From positions 186,001 through 250,000 of the IMG/VR virus record IMGVR_UViG_3300031884_000002: DNA of 64,000 bases; one strand, given 5' to 3'. Shown here in pieces: positions 55,217-64,000 of the stretch. The translations under genes and the position numbers were made by a program. Position 1 is the first letter of the stretch, and each line of letters begins with the position of its first letter. The notes beneath the pieces are model-generated. The model was not told the DNA's origin and ran no database searches. It saw only the letters and a list, made by a program, of their open reading frames with translations.

Positions 55217-56350
55217 ATGTCAAATAATGAACTTTCATCCACTCCTGTATTAAATAGAGCAGAACAGGTGCGTAGAGATAATGATACTCAAAAGAGTTTA
55301 TCTATTAGTTTATATGATATAGATAATACAATTTTAAATCATTTACAAAATAATTTAAAACTTCAAGTGGAACATGAAGGAGTTATAAAAAAACCGGTTT
55401 GTATGTTTGGGTCTCCTGAATTATGGAAGGCAATGCAAAAAGATTCATTTATTAGGGATTACCAAGGAAAAATAACACTTCCAGCTATTATTTTAAAAAG
55501 AACCACTTCAAATACCGATGAAACATTTATTCATTTTAATAGATATTTAAATGAAGCAGTTATAAAAACATATTCCGAAAAAAATCAATATACTAGGTTT
55601 TCTATTTTAAATGGAAGTAATGCTCCCGTAAATGAAGTTTATAATATAACATTTCCAAGTCATATGAAATTAACTTATAAGTTTATAATATGGACGGAAT
55701 ATATTTCTCAAATGAATCAATTAGTGGAAGCATTTCAATTTAATACTAAAGATTATTGGGGAACTGAACATGGATACAAATTCAGAGTTGATAGCGTATC
55801 ATTCGGACATACGGTGGAATTACAAGCGGGGGATGATAGATTGGTAAAAACTGAGTTTGATTTAAACGTTCATGGATATATTTTGCCCGAGACGATGACT
55901 AAATTAGATTCTCAAAAACAAACGTTTAAAAAACTTTTAACCGCTAAAAAAATAGTAATGGGAGTTGATTTATCATCGGATACTCAACCTTTATATCCAT
56001 ATGGAAATAATAATTCAAAATGGAAAAGTCAGCAATATCCAAATAAGGATGCCGATGAAATTATTACTCCTGCTCCAATTTCAGTATCGGATGGAGTAGT
56101 AAACCCTGAAACTGGAATAATATCCAATTCTAATCCAGTGTATTCTACACTTTCTTATGTTTCGTCAGTTGGAAATACAAACATAAATAATATATATCCG
56201 TCCGTATCTGGTCCATATTTAACATTAGTCGAAACTCCCGCTTCTATAACATCGGCAGGACAAGAAGGACAAGCATCATTTGACGACCAATATTTTTATG
56301 TGTATACTAAAAATCAATGGAGACGAGTAGCAATATCAAGTTTTTCCTAA
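55217..56350 (+). CDS. Tail terminator/sheath stabiliser (T4 gp15-like)
   Basis: FGSPELW..TLPAIILKR..FPSHMKLTY.FIIWTEY..QMNQLVE; synteny. Confidence 0.65.
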   Translation: MSNNELSSTPVLNRAEQVRRDNDTQKSLSISLYDIDNTILNHLQNNLKLQVEHEGVIKKPVCMFGSPELWKAMQKDSFIRDYQGKITLPAIILKRTTSNTDETFIHFNRYLNEAVIKTYSEKNQYTRFSILNGSNAPVNEVYNITFPSHMKLTYKFIIWTEYISQMNQLVEAFQFNTKDYWGTEHGYKFRVDSVSFGHTVELQAGDDRLVKTEFDLNVHGYILPETMTKLDSQKQTFKKLLTAKKIVMGVDLSSDTQPLYPYGNNNSKWKSQQYPNKDADEIITPAPISVSDGVVNPETGIISNSNPVYSTLSYVSSVGNTNINNIYPSVSGPYLTLVETPASITSAGQEGQASFDDQYFYVYTKNQWRRVAISSFS

Positions 56351-56353
56351 ATT

Positions 56354-57325
56354 ATGATACTTTATAATGCAAAAGATATTTTTATTCAGAGAAAACCGAC
56401 TATAGGTAATGGGTTTGAAGAATATGTTTTCAGGTCAACTCCCAATGAAGTTATCGTTTTTGATTCCAATAGTAATTTAATAAGTATTGATTATTTAACA
56501 TTAGCCGATACATTATCGCCATTATTAGCATCTACTTCTCAATCGATATCTTCAAGTTATTCGAGTTATTCCCTATTATCCAATATATCAAATACTTCTT
56601 CATTTATGGCGTTTAATGGAAATAGACCTATAAAACGAAGTGGATATTCCGGATTAAATGTTGGAGGTCAAGATGTTGATGATTTTCTAAATAATTTCTT
56701 TTTTCCATTTGTATCGGCTACAGTATCAGATTCGGGTGGCGGATTATATCAGACTGGAAGTTTGCAAACCGTATCGGTATATTCAAACATAACTGTAAAT
56801 GACGAGACTGGATTCGGGTCTGGTTCTATATTTAAAGATGGTGCGGTATGGAATAATCAAGCATCAATTCCTCCATATTCATTTACATTTAATGATATAA
56901 ATACATATTCTAATCATACGTATCAAACTTTTGTATCGGTTAATAATAATGGGTCTCCCACCGTGATAAGTTCAAATGCAATCTCAATTTCATTTGTATA
57001 TCCATATTTATGGGGAATGAGTGTCACTTCGGGGTTATCGGGAATCTCATTATACAACGCATTTACTCCTCAAATAGTGACACAAACTTCCAAGACTATC
57101 AATTTAAATGGAAGTGCGGTATATATTTATTTTGCATATCCGGCAATTTATCCCGATTTAACATCGATATTAGACCCTAATTCATTTCAAGTAATTGGAA
57201 GTTTTAATAAGTCAACCGTATCCGTAACCAGTACAGGATTAACTAACAACTGGACTACTAATTATAAAGTGTATCAAACTCAATTAGTATCGAGTCCAGC
57301 CGGAAATTTTCAATTTATATATTAA
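56354..57325 (+). CDS. Structural fibre-associated protein
   Basis: Ser/Thr-rich beta protein; YIYFAYP motif; fibre cluster. Confidence 0.55.
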   Translation: MILYNAKDIFIQRKPTIGNGFEEYVFRSTPNEVIVFDSNSNLISIDYLTLADTLSPLLASTSQSISSSYSSYSLLSNISNTSSFMAFNGNRPIKRSGYSGLNVGGQDVDDFLNNFFFPFVSATVSDSGGGLYQTGSLQTVSVYSNITVNDETGFGSGSIFKDGAVWNNQASIPPYSFTFNDINTYSNHTYQTFVSVNNNGSPTVISSNAISISFVYPYLWGMSVTSGLSGISLYNAFTPQIVTQTSKTINLNGSAVYIYFAYPAIYPDLTSILDPNSFQVIGSFNKSTVSVTSTGLTNNWTTNYKVYQTQLVSSPAGNFQFIY

Positions 57326-57328
57326 TTT

Positions 57329-60300
57329 ATGATATCGATAATAGATGGATTTAGTGTGACATCTGCTCTTCCAGCGGATTTGAAGACTATTATATCAACC
57401 TCCTCAAGTTTAACCTCTATAAGTTCTTCTTGGAGATATAATGGAATGTTGGTTTATACTCAAGCAGAAGGTCAAGAATGGAGATTAGTCGGAGGAGTGT
57501 CCGATTCAAATTGGAAATTAATATCAACGAGTGGAAGTTCGGCATCGTCATCATACAGTAACACTTCATCGGTAAGTTTTAACTCAACTACATCAAGTTA
57601 TTCGTATTCATCATCATATTTGATTGGATATTCTAATATTACAATAAGTCAATCTATAAGTTCAAGTTTTGCATCCCAATCGTTGAGTTCTAGTTATGCT
57701 AATACCGCATCGTATCTAATAGGATACACCACTCCATTTCTTGTCAGTAGTTCGATTTCATCATCATTTGCATCACAATCGTTGAGTTCATCGTATCTAA
57801 TAGGATATGTTACTCCTACATTTGTATCATCGTCCATATCAAGTTCATTTGCGTCTAGTTCTATTACTGCATCATATTTAATAGGATACGTTCCTCCGTT
57901 TTTAGTAAGCAGTTCCATTTCTGCATCATTTGCATCAGGTTCGATTACCAGTTCATATTCTTTAACTGCATCATACGCTTTAAATGCAGGTTCCGGTACA
58001 ACTTTAATTACTGGTTCAACATACCCAATCACATCGAGTTGGGCTAATAATGCTGGAACAGCATCTATATTACTTGGTAGTATAATTTCAAGTTCATATT
58101 CTTTAACTTCATCATATGCATTGAATGCGGGAGGTGGAGGGACCATTTTAATTACTGGATCGACATATCCAATCACGTCAAGTTGGGCATTAACTTCTTC
58201 TATTACCACCAATGCAATTACGTCTAGTTATTCATTAACAAGTAATTCTTCATCATATTCTTCCCATGCTCTATCATCCAGTTATGCGGGAACCGCTGTA
58301 TTCGGAGATGAAGTTTTGTATATAACATTACCGGGGTCTGGGTCGTCTGTTGATATCGGAAATTTCGTATCTAATAGTAAAGGACATAATTTAATTATAA
58401 CTATAAATCCTATCGATAATCTTTGGTGGGTTGGGGCTAAAACATATATTTTAACCGGTGTTTATAACAATGGATGGGCGGGTTCTGATTTCCAACTTGT
58501 TGCACCTATTTCCGCAACCGGACCATATGAGATAACGTATAATTCAGGATTGAGTTATGCATTTAGTGATTTTGAATTAGAAGCATATATGGATATTTAT
58601 TCTAAATTGTTTATTAGAATACGTGTAACCGAAGCATATGTTCCAAACCGAACTGTAGCTGTTAGGATAACAAATATTGGAGATCCAACCGATGCATTTA
58701 CACAAACAACCGGTTCAGCAACCGGTTCAACTGACACCACATATTGGCCAACTGCAACCATCGAACAGAATGCTAATAATGGAACTATAGTACATAGTAA
58801 TTTAAATGTAACTGGAAATGTAACTTCCAATTTTACCGGAAGTTTATTTGGAACTTCTTCTTATTCATTGTATAGTAATAATGTTTCGGCATCCTATCTA
58901 TCTGGTTCAAATGCAATTGTAACAACTGCTAACATTTCTCAGTTATCTGCATCCGTTGGTTATTTTGCAGGAGGACAGGCAACCATTGATTCTACGGGTT
59001 CATTGAATTTATTTAATGGTGCAATAACAATGAATCATTTTTTTAACAATACCGCTTTTAATTTATATGGTATTCCGGCTACAGATCAAGGATCACAGAT
59101 TAATTTGTACGGAAATAATGCAAATAATCAATGGCAATTACAAGGTGGAGGTGCTGGATCTGGAGCAACTGGATTTACCATATATAAATGGATTGGTGGT
59201 AATATTTTAACTGGAAGTATTCCATTTAGAATATTTGACAATGGAAATGTTAGAATTGGGGCAATGTCACAATCCGCTGGTTTTCCGGGACCAAATGCGA
59301 TGGATGATGGAAATTCTGTTCAAATTGTAGGAAGTTTATCTATTTTATCAGGAAGTATAACATCATCTATAATTTCAGCCAGTTCTATTATTTCACATTT
59401 CACTGGAAGTTTATCTGGAACTTCAAGTTACGCAGTGACATCATCATATTTTAGCGGCTCAATTTCCAATTCAAACACATCCATAACTTCAAGTTATTCA
59501 ACCACTGCTTCGTATGCGTTAAACGGAGGAACTGGTGGTATATTAACAACTGGTAGCACATATCCAATTACCAGTAGTTGGTCTACCAACTCCATAACTG
59601 CATCTTATTTTAGTGGATCGATTTCTAATGCTACAACCGCAAATACTGCTAGTTATGTTTCTTCCAGTAATGTAATAGGAACTGTTTTAAGTTCAAGTTA
59701 TGCTGTTACTGCATCATATGCATTAACTTCTAGTTTATTGACCGGAAATATATTAAACTCTCAATTACCATCCCAAATAAATGTGTATGGAATAACTGCA
59801 AGTTACATTGATATAATAAATAATATTTTACTCGGTGGCACAATTGCAAATGCAACTAATTTACCAAATACTTCTATTGTTATAGGTGCCGGAACTGGTA
59901 ATAATGCTACTAATGCAAATCAAAGTAACTTTTTAGGAACTAATGCAGCATATAATGCAACTAATGCAAATAATAGTAATTTCTTCGGACAATCTGCCGG
60001 TCAAAGTGCGGTCAATGCAAATAACAGTACTTTCATAGGAGGATTTGCTGGATCGGGAGCAACCAATTCAAGTCAGAGTGTATTTATTGGTCCAATTGCT
60101 GGTGCAAACGCAAACAACGCAGGACTTAGTACGTTCATAGGTCAATCTGCTGGATATTATTCGACCAATGCAAATAACTCTATATTCATAGGTTTTAATG
60201 CTGGTTCTAGTATAGGGACAAGTACAAGTAATGCGAATAACGCTATATTCATTGGTAATTATGCAGGATTAAATGATACTGTAAATAATAGTGCCGGTCA

Positions 60301-60922
60301 TTCATCTATTTTAATTGGTGATTATACATCGACAGGTGGTAATCAGGATAGCATAGCAATTGGAAAAGGAACAAAAAATAGTATAAATAACCAAGTAAAC
60401 ATTGGAAATAGTTTATTTATCAATGGAATATATTCCGGTTCCAGTTCAGTTTCAACTCCTCAGTTAAATGTTAAGATGGGAATTGGATTAAATAATCCAG
60501 TAAACACGTTGGATGTTATTGGAAATATTAGTGCATCAGTAATCACGGCATCATTATTTTTAGGTACTGCATCCTATGCTGGAACTGCTTCTATATTACT
60601 CGGAAGCGTAGTTTCAAGTTCTTATTCTTCGTTTGCATTAACCGCATCTTATGCATTGAACGGTGGGTCAGGAAGTTCGGGAACATCATTAGTTACCGGT
60701 TCAACTTATCCAATTACGTCAAGCTGGGCTATATCAGCATCTTGGGCACCAATAAATGGAAGCTCTAGTTATTCACAAACTAGTGATTTTGCAGTTATTG
60801 CTGGAAATTGTTTATATACATCTAGTTATGCATTAACCGCATCTTATGCATTGAACGGTGGAGGAAGTGGATCTGTTGGTCCTTCGACTCCTGATATTAT
60901 ACAAATCCAAGTATTTATGTAA
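57329..60922 (+). CDS. Long tail fibre/adhesin with Ser-rich repeats and beta-roll repeats
   Basis: SSSYA/TASYA repeats; four TGSTYPITSSW units; ~14-aa NSxFxGxxAG repeats. Confidence 0.75.
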   Translation: MISIIDGFSVTSALPADLKTIISTSSSLTSISSSWRYNGMLVYTQAEGQEWRLVGGVSDSNWKLISTSGSSASSSYSNTSSVSFNSTTSSYSYSSSYLIGYSNITISQSISSSFASQSLSSSYANTASYLIGYTTPFLVSSSISSSFASQSLSSSYLIGYVTPTFVSSSISSSFASSSITASYLIGYVPPFLVSSSISASFASGSITSSYSLTASYALNAGSGTTLITGSTYPITSSWANNAGTASILLGSIISSSYSLTSSYALNAGGGGTILITGSTYPITSSWALTSSITTNAITSSYSLTSNSSSYSSHALSSSYAGTAVFGDEVLYITLPGSGSSVDIGNFVSNSKGHNLIITINPIDNLWWVGAKTYILTGVYNNGWAGSDFQLVAPISATGPYEITYNSGLSYAFSDFELEAYMDIYSKLFIRIRVTEAYVPNRTVAVRITNIGDPTDAFTQTTGSATGSTDTTYWPTATIEQNANNGTIVHSNLNVTGNVTSNFTGSLFGTSSYSLYSNNVSASYLSGSNAIVTTANISQLSASVGYFAGGQATIDSTGSLNLFNGAITMNHFFNNTAFNLYGIPATDQGSQINLYGNNANNQWQLQGGGAGSGATGFTIYKWIGGNILTGSIPFRIFDNGNVRIGAMSQSAGFPGPNAMDDGNSVQIVGSLSILSGSITSSIISASSIISHFTGSLSGTSSYAVTSSYFSGSISNSNTSITSSYSTTASYALNGGTGGILTTGSTYPITSSWSTNSITASYFSGSISNATTANTASYVSSSNVIGTVLSSSYAVTASYALTSSLLTGNILNSQLPSQINVYGITASYIDIINNILLGGTIANATNLPNTSIVIGAGTGNNATNANQSNFLGTNAAYNATNANNSNFFGQSAGQSAVNANNSTFIGGFAGSGATNSSQSVFIGPIAGANANNAGLSTFIGQSAGYYSTNANNSIFIGFNAGSSIGTSTSNANNAIFIGNYAGLNDTVNNSAGHSSILIGDYTSTGGNQDSIAIGKGTKNSINNQVNIGNSLFINGIYSGSSSVSTPQLNVKMGIGLNNPVNTLDVIGNISASVITASLFLGTASYAGTASILLGSVVSSSYSSFALTASYALNGGSGSSGTSLVTGSTYPITSSWAISASWAPINGSSSYSQTSDFAVIAGNCLYTSSYALTASYALNGGGSGSVGPSTPDIIQIQVFM

Positions 60923-60943
60923 AAATAAACGATATATAACATT

Positions 60944-61291
60944 ATGACATATTCTAAATTATTATTAAGCGGATCGATTTCGGGACAACCTATTCTTATA
61001 AACTCGGTAACAAGTGGTTCATCAACTCCTATTCATACTGCGGTGGCTGGGTCGGCGGCATTTGATGAAATATATATTTACGCCACCAACAATTCTTTAT
61101 ATACCGTTATGTTAACAATGTGTTGGGGAAGTATAAGTTCATCAAATCAATTACCGATTGGTATTTCATCAGGAGTTGGACGAGTTTGCGTATGCGATGG
61201 AGTTTTATTAAATAATAGTTTAACCGCATACGGTTATGCATCTGTATCTGGTTCAATTTTAATTGATGGATTTGTAAATAGAATACAATAA
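60944..61291 (+). CDS. Small fibre-associated structural protein
   Basis: DEIYIYATN..GFVNRI; directly after the fibre gene. Confidence 0.55.
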   Translation: MTYSKLLLSGSISGQPILINSVTSGSSTPIHTAVAGSAAFDEIYIYATNNSLYTVMLTMCWGSISSSNQLPIGISSGVGRVCVCDGVLLNNSLTAYGYASVSGSILIDGFVNRIQ

Positions 61292-61294
61292 ATT

Positions 61295-62029
61295 ATGTCA
61301 TTACATACATTGAGAAGAAACAATAGAAGATTCTCGGCTGGAGAATATATGGGAGTTCCTACCGTACCTGATTTTTTAACAAATCTTATAAGTGCATGGC
61401 CGGGTAATGGAAATACTAACGATGTCTATGGAACAAACAATGGGACAGGAGAAGGAAGCCTTAGTTATGGCAGCGGATTGAATGGTTATCAAGCATTTAG
61501 TGGAAATGGGTCAAGCTGTTATGTTGTTTCGGCAAATACTGTAAATCCAGTTCTGTTTGCTGGTTATTCATTCTCTGCTTGGTTCAATACTACTACGAGT
61601 GGATTTCCTATTGTATATATGGACCAAAACCCATTAGCAGCAGGAACTATATATGATAAAGTATTCGGTATAAATACATCTGGTAATATTTATTTTGCTA
61701 TATTTAATGGGTCTGCATATGCTATACTTTCAACTGGAAAAAATTATTTGGATGGAGTTTGGCATCACGCAGTAGTAACCAGCAATAATACAAATGTATC
61801 ACAAATTTATGTTGATGGAACGATAGTAGCGTCGGGTCTTGGTAATGGTTCTAATTATGCAGGTTATTGGAAACTTGGTATGAATCATTATACCAGTTAT
61901 CCAATTGGCACTGCTCCAGCATCTCCTTTTTATTTTTCCGGATTATTACAAGATTTGAGATATTATGGAGCAGTTTTAACGGGACCACAAGTTACAACAT
62001 TATATCAAAACGGACCTAGAATAGCATAA
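61295..62029 (+). CDS. LamG/concanavalin A-like domain protein
   Basis: YSFSAWFNT..DGVWHHAVVT..IYVDG..FSGLLQDLRYY..LT..QV..LY. Confidence 0.85.
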   Translation: MSLHTLRRNNRRFSAGEYMGVPTVPDFLTNLISAWPGNGNTNDVYGTNNGTGEGSLSYGSGLNGYQAFSGNGSSCYVVSANTVNPVLFAGYSFSAWFNTTTSGFPIVYMDQNPLAAGTIYDKVFGINTSGNIYFAIFNGSAYAILSTGKNYLDGVWHHAVVTSNNTNVSQIYVDGTIVASGLGNGSNYAGYWKLGMNHYTSYPIGTAPASPFYFSGLLQDLRYYGAVLTGPQVTTLYQNGPRIA

Positions 62030-62032
62030 TTT

Positions 62033-63334
62033 ATGACAATATTTTATCCAGTTGGTTCATTCATATATAGTAGAAATACTGCTAGTTCAAGTTATGTCGA
62101 ACTAGCACTATCTACAAATCCAAATACAATTTTGTATATGGATACATCATCAAACATGAGTTTGATATCGTCGTCTGTGTTAGATTTAACATCGTCGGCA
62201 GCAGTAAGTTCAAGTTGGGCTTTATCAGCATCATATGCGCCCGGAAGTCCATCGGTATCTGCTTCTTATTCCAACACTGCATCATATGCTAATCAAGCAT
62301 CTAGTATGTCAATTAGTTCAAATGACGCATTAGGAACTTTATATTATGTGATGATGGCAACTGGATCATCAGGACAATCTCCTGTATATATAGATACAAT
62401 TGATTTAGTATATAATCAAGCTACTTCTGTATTGACTACTACAAATCTATCGTCGTCGGCAACAGTTATTAGTGGAAGTGCAACTCAAAATCCATTATCT
62501 GTAATTGGAAATAATAATTCATTTTGTGAAATTACTAATCAAAATTATTCTAGTGGAAATATAGCGTCATCAGATATTGTTGCTACGGCTGATATTGGAA
62601 ATGATAATATTTATTATATTGATTTAGGAATCAATTCATCTGGATATAATGCATCTCAAATTGGAAATGCACTGGATTCATATATTTATGCAACCGGAAG
62701 TAATAGTAGTAGTTTATATATAGGACACACTGATATTAGTGGTTCTGTTCATATTTTTGCCGGTAGCATTATAAACACTGGCTCTGGAATAGTTGTAACT
62801 GGACAATCAATTACAACTACTCTTCCATTAATTGCATCTGTTTTTATAGTATCCTCCAGTAATACTTTACAGCCTATCTTTGTAAGTTCCAATTTAAATA
62901 ACGAACTTGAAGCAATAGTTCAGAATCTAAATACAGGTGCTACTGCATCGGCAGATTTTGTATGTGTTAATGCATCGGGAAGTTATTTGACAAATAATTA
63001 CGTTGATTTAGGTATAAATGGACCGGGTTATGCAATTTCTCAATTTATTGGAGGACCAAACGATGCTTATTTATTTTCAACGGCAAGTAATTTTTATATA
63101 GGAAACATAACTCCAAATTATAATTTGTCATTATTTGCTGGAGGAACTATGTCAACTGCATCTATTACGGTAAACGGAACTACAAATAATATAGGAATTG
63201 GAATTGTCAATCCAGTTAATAAATTAGATGTGACTGGTAATATTTCATGTTCGGTAATAACTGCATCTATGGTATACGGCTCAAATCTAATTACTCCCGC
63301 ATTATCCATTGCATATGCAGTCGCATTGGGATAA
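62033..63334 (+). CDS. Tail fibre-like protein with duplicated beta module
   Basis: Two QN..G..AS.D..Y.DLGIN..Y..DxY modules; Ser-rich. Confidence 0.65.
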   Translation: MTIFYPVGSFIYSRNTASSSYVELALSTNPNTILYMDTSSNMSLISSSVLDLTSSAAVSSSWALSASYAPGSPSVSASYSNTASYANQASSMSISSNDALGTLYYVMMATGSSGQSPVYIDTIDLVYNQATSVLTTTNLSSSATVISGSATQNPLSVIGNNNSFCEITNQNYSSGNIASSDIVATADIGNDNIYYIDLGINSSGYNASQIGNALDSYIYATGSNSSSLYIGHTDISGSVHIFAGSIINTGSGIVVTGQSITTTLPLIASVFIVSSSNTLQPIFVSSNLNNELEAIVQNLNTGATASADFVCVNASGSYLTNNYVDLGINGPGYAISQFIGGPNDAYLFSTASNFYIGNITPNYNLSLFAGGTMSTASITVNGTTNNIGIGIVNPVNKLDVTGNISCSVITASMVYGSNLITPALSIAYAVALG

Positions 63335-63379
63335 AATAACGAAAATTACAAAATAGATTACTATTTATATGGAGAAACA

Positions 63380-63997
63380 ATGAAGATTCTAATACCAAAT
63401 TATATATTTAATGCATCGGCAAAACAAATCACTTTTCCGACATACACTGCTTTATCATTATCTTCATTTTTAATTATTACAGATACTACAGTAAACAAAA
63501 TAATTTATAATTTTGCTGACCCAACTGCGGGCGGAACTGTATCGGGAAATATATTAACATTAACCTATAATACGGTTGGACTGAGTAATTCTGACCAATT
63601 ATTGATATATTATGATGATGGAACGGTTCAAGCGAGAGACACTACACTTCAGTTAATGGAAAATCAAAATGATTTATTAAGAAGAATGGTGAAATTGTTA
63701 GAATCGCAAGGAACCGTGGATTTAAGTAATAGACAACGAGTTTCTTTGGATGCGGCCCCCGCAGCATTAACTATAGGTGTTATTAATACAGGTATAGGAA
63801 CTTTTAATTCGACTCTTTCAACTGCCACTACATCTAATGGGTGGCAAGTAGCAAACGGCGGTGCTGGATTCACTCCATACGCATTGACTAATTTATTTCC
63901 AATGCCTGTTGCGGAAGGACCTGTTGGGCAAGAGTGGAGAATCGCCGATAACGCTAGGAACACTTTCGCAAATGCAATTAGACCAAATATAAAATAA
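63380..63997 (+). CDS. Structural/tail-associated hypothetical protein
   Basis: TATTTATA upstream; beta-rich N-terminal domain; fibre cluster. Confidence 0.5.
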   Translation: MKILIPNYIFNASAKQITFPTYTALSLSSFLIITDTTVNKIIYNFADPTAGGTVSGNILTLTYNTVGLSNSDQLLIYYDDGTVQARDTTLQLMENQNDLLRRMVKLLESQGTVDLSNRQRVSLDAAPAALTIGVINTGIGTFNSTLSTATTSNGWQVANGGAGFTPYALTNLFPMPVAEGPVGQEWRIADNARNTFANAIRPNIK

Positions 63998-64000
63998 TAA

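Noticed and set aside
57329-63334. Diversity-generating retroelement acting on fibre genes
   Set aside because: No reverse transcriptase in the window, and the repeats do not show adenine-specific mismatches
1-64000. Stop-codon reassignment as in some large phages
   Set aside because: Long genes are intact in the standard code, coding density is high, and TAA, TGA and TAG all end genes at sensible positions
1-64000. tRNA, rRNA or CRISPR array
   Set aside because: No cloverleaf-like or repeat-spacer pattern seen and intergenic gaps are short; a covariance-model scan was not possible

Overview
A 64 kb segment of a very AT-rich, T4-like large myophage genome in the standard genetic code. I saw no tRNA, rRNA or CRISPR array. 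From left to right: a replication and nucleotide module (clamp-loader-like, class II ribonucleotide reductase, gp41-like helicase, 5'-3' exonuclease, RecA/UvsX, gp32-like SSB, compact PolA-like protein); a baseplate, tape-measure, tube and sheath module interleaved with Hsp20, ClpP and free-standing endonucleases; a cassette of enzyme genes with a shared N-terminal tag; then neck and tail-fibre genes. Main observations: (1) Three core genes are fractured by four split inteins. The RNR is in three pieces. The RecA intein is split after only 13 residues. Three breakpoints hold an intact homing endonuclease and the fourth holds a probable remnant. (2) Six unrelated effector-like genes (GNAT, Acb1-like 2H phosphoesterase, ART-like domains, CCA-adding enzyme, isochorismatase-like) share an MI[K/N]Lxx[L/M/I][L/I]xE leader resembling a capsid-targeting and protease-cleavage signal, suggesting a virion-delivered effector set. 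(3) Two small genes behind sigma70-type promoters look like non-functional fragments of the major capsid protein (Gol-like region) and the prohead protease, possibly immune decoys. (4) The same ~170-nt promoter plus overlapping mini-ORF module precedes two unrelated nuclease families. (5) Two promoter classes are visible: TTGACA-16-TATAAT, often leaderless, and TATTTATA. All family assignments come from motif recognition by eye; no database search was run.
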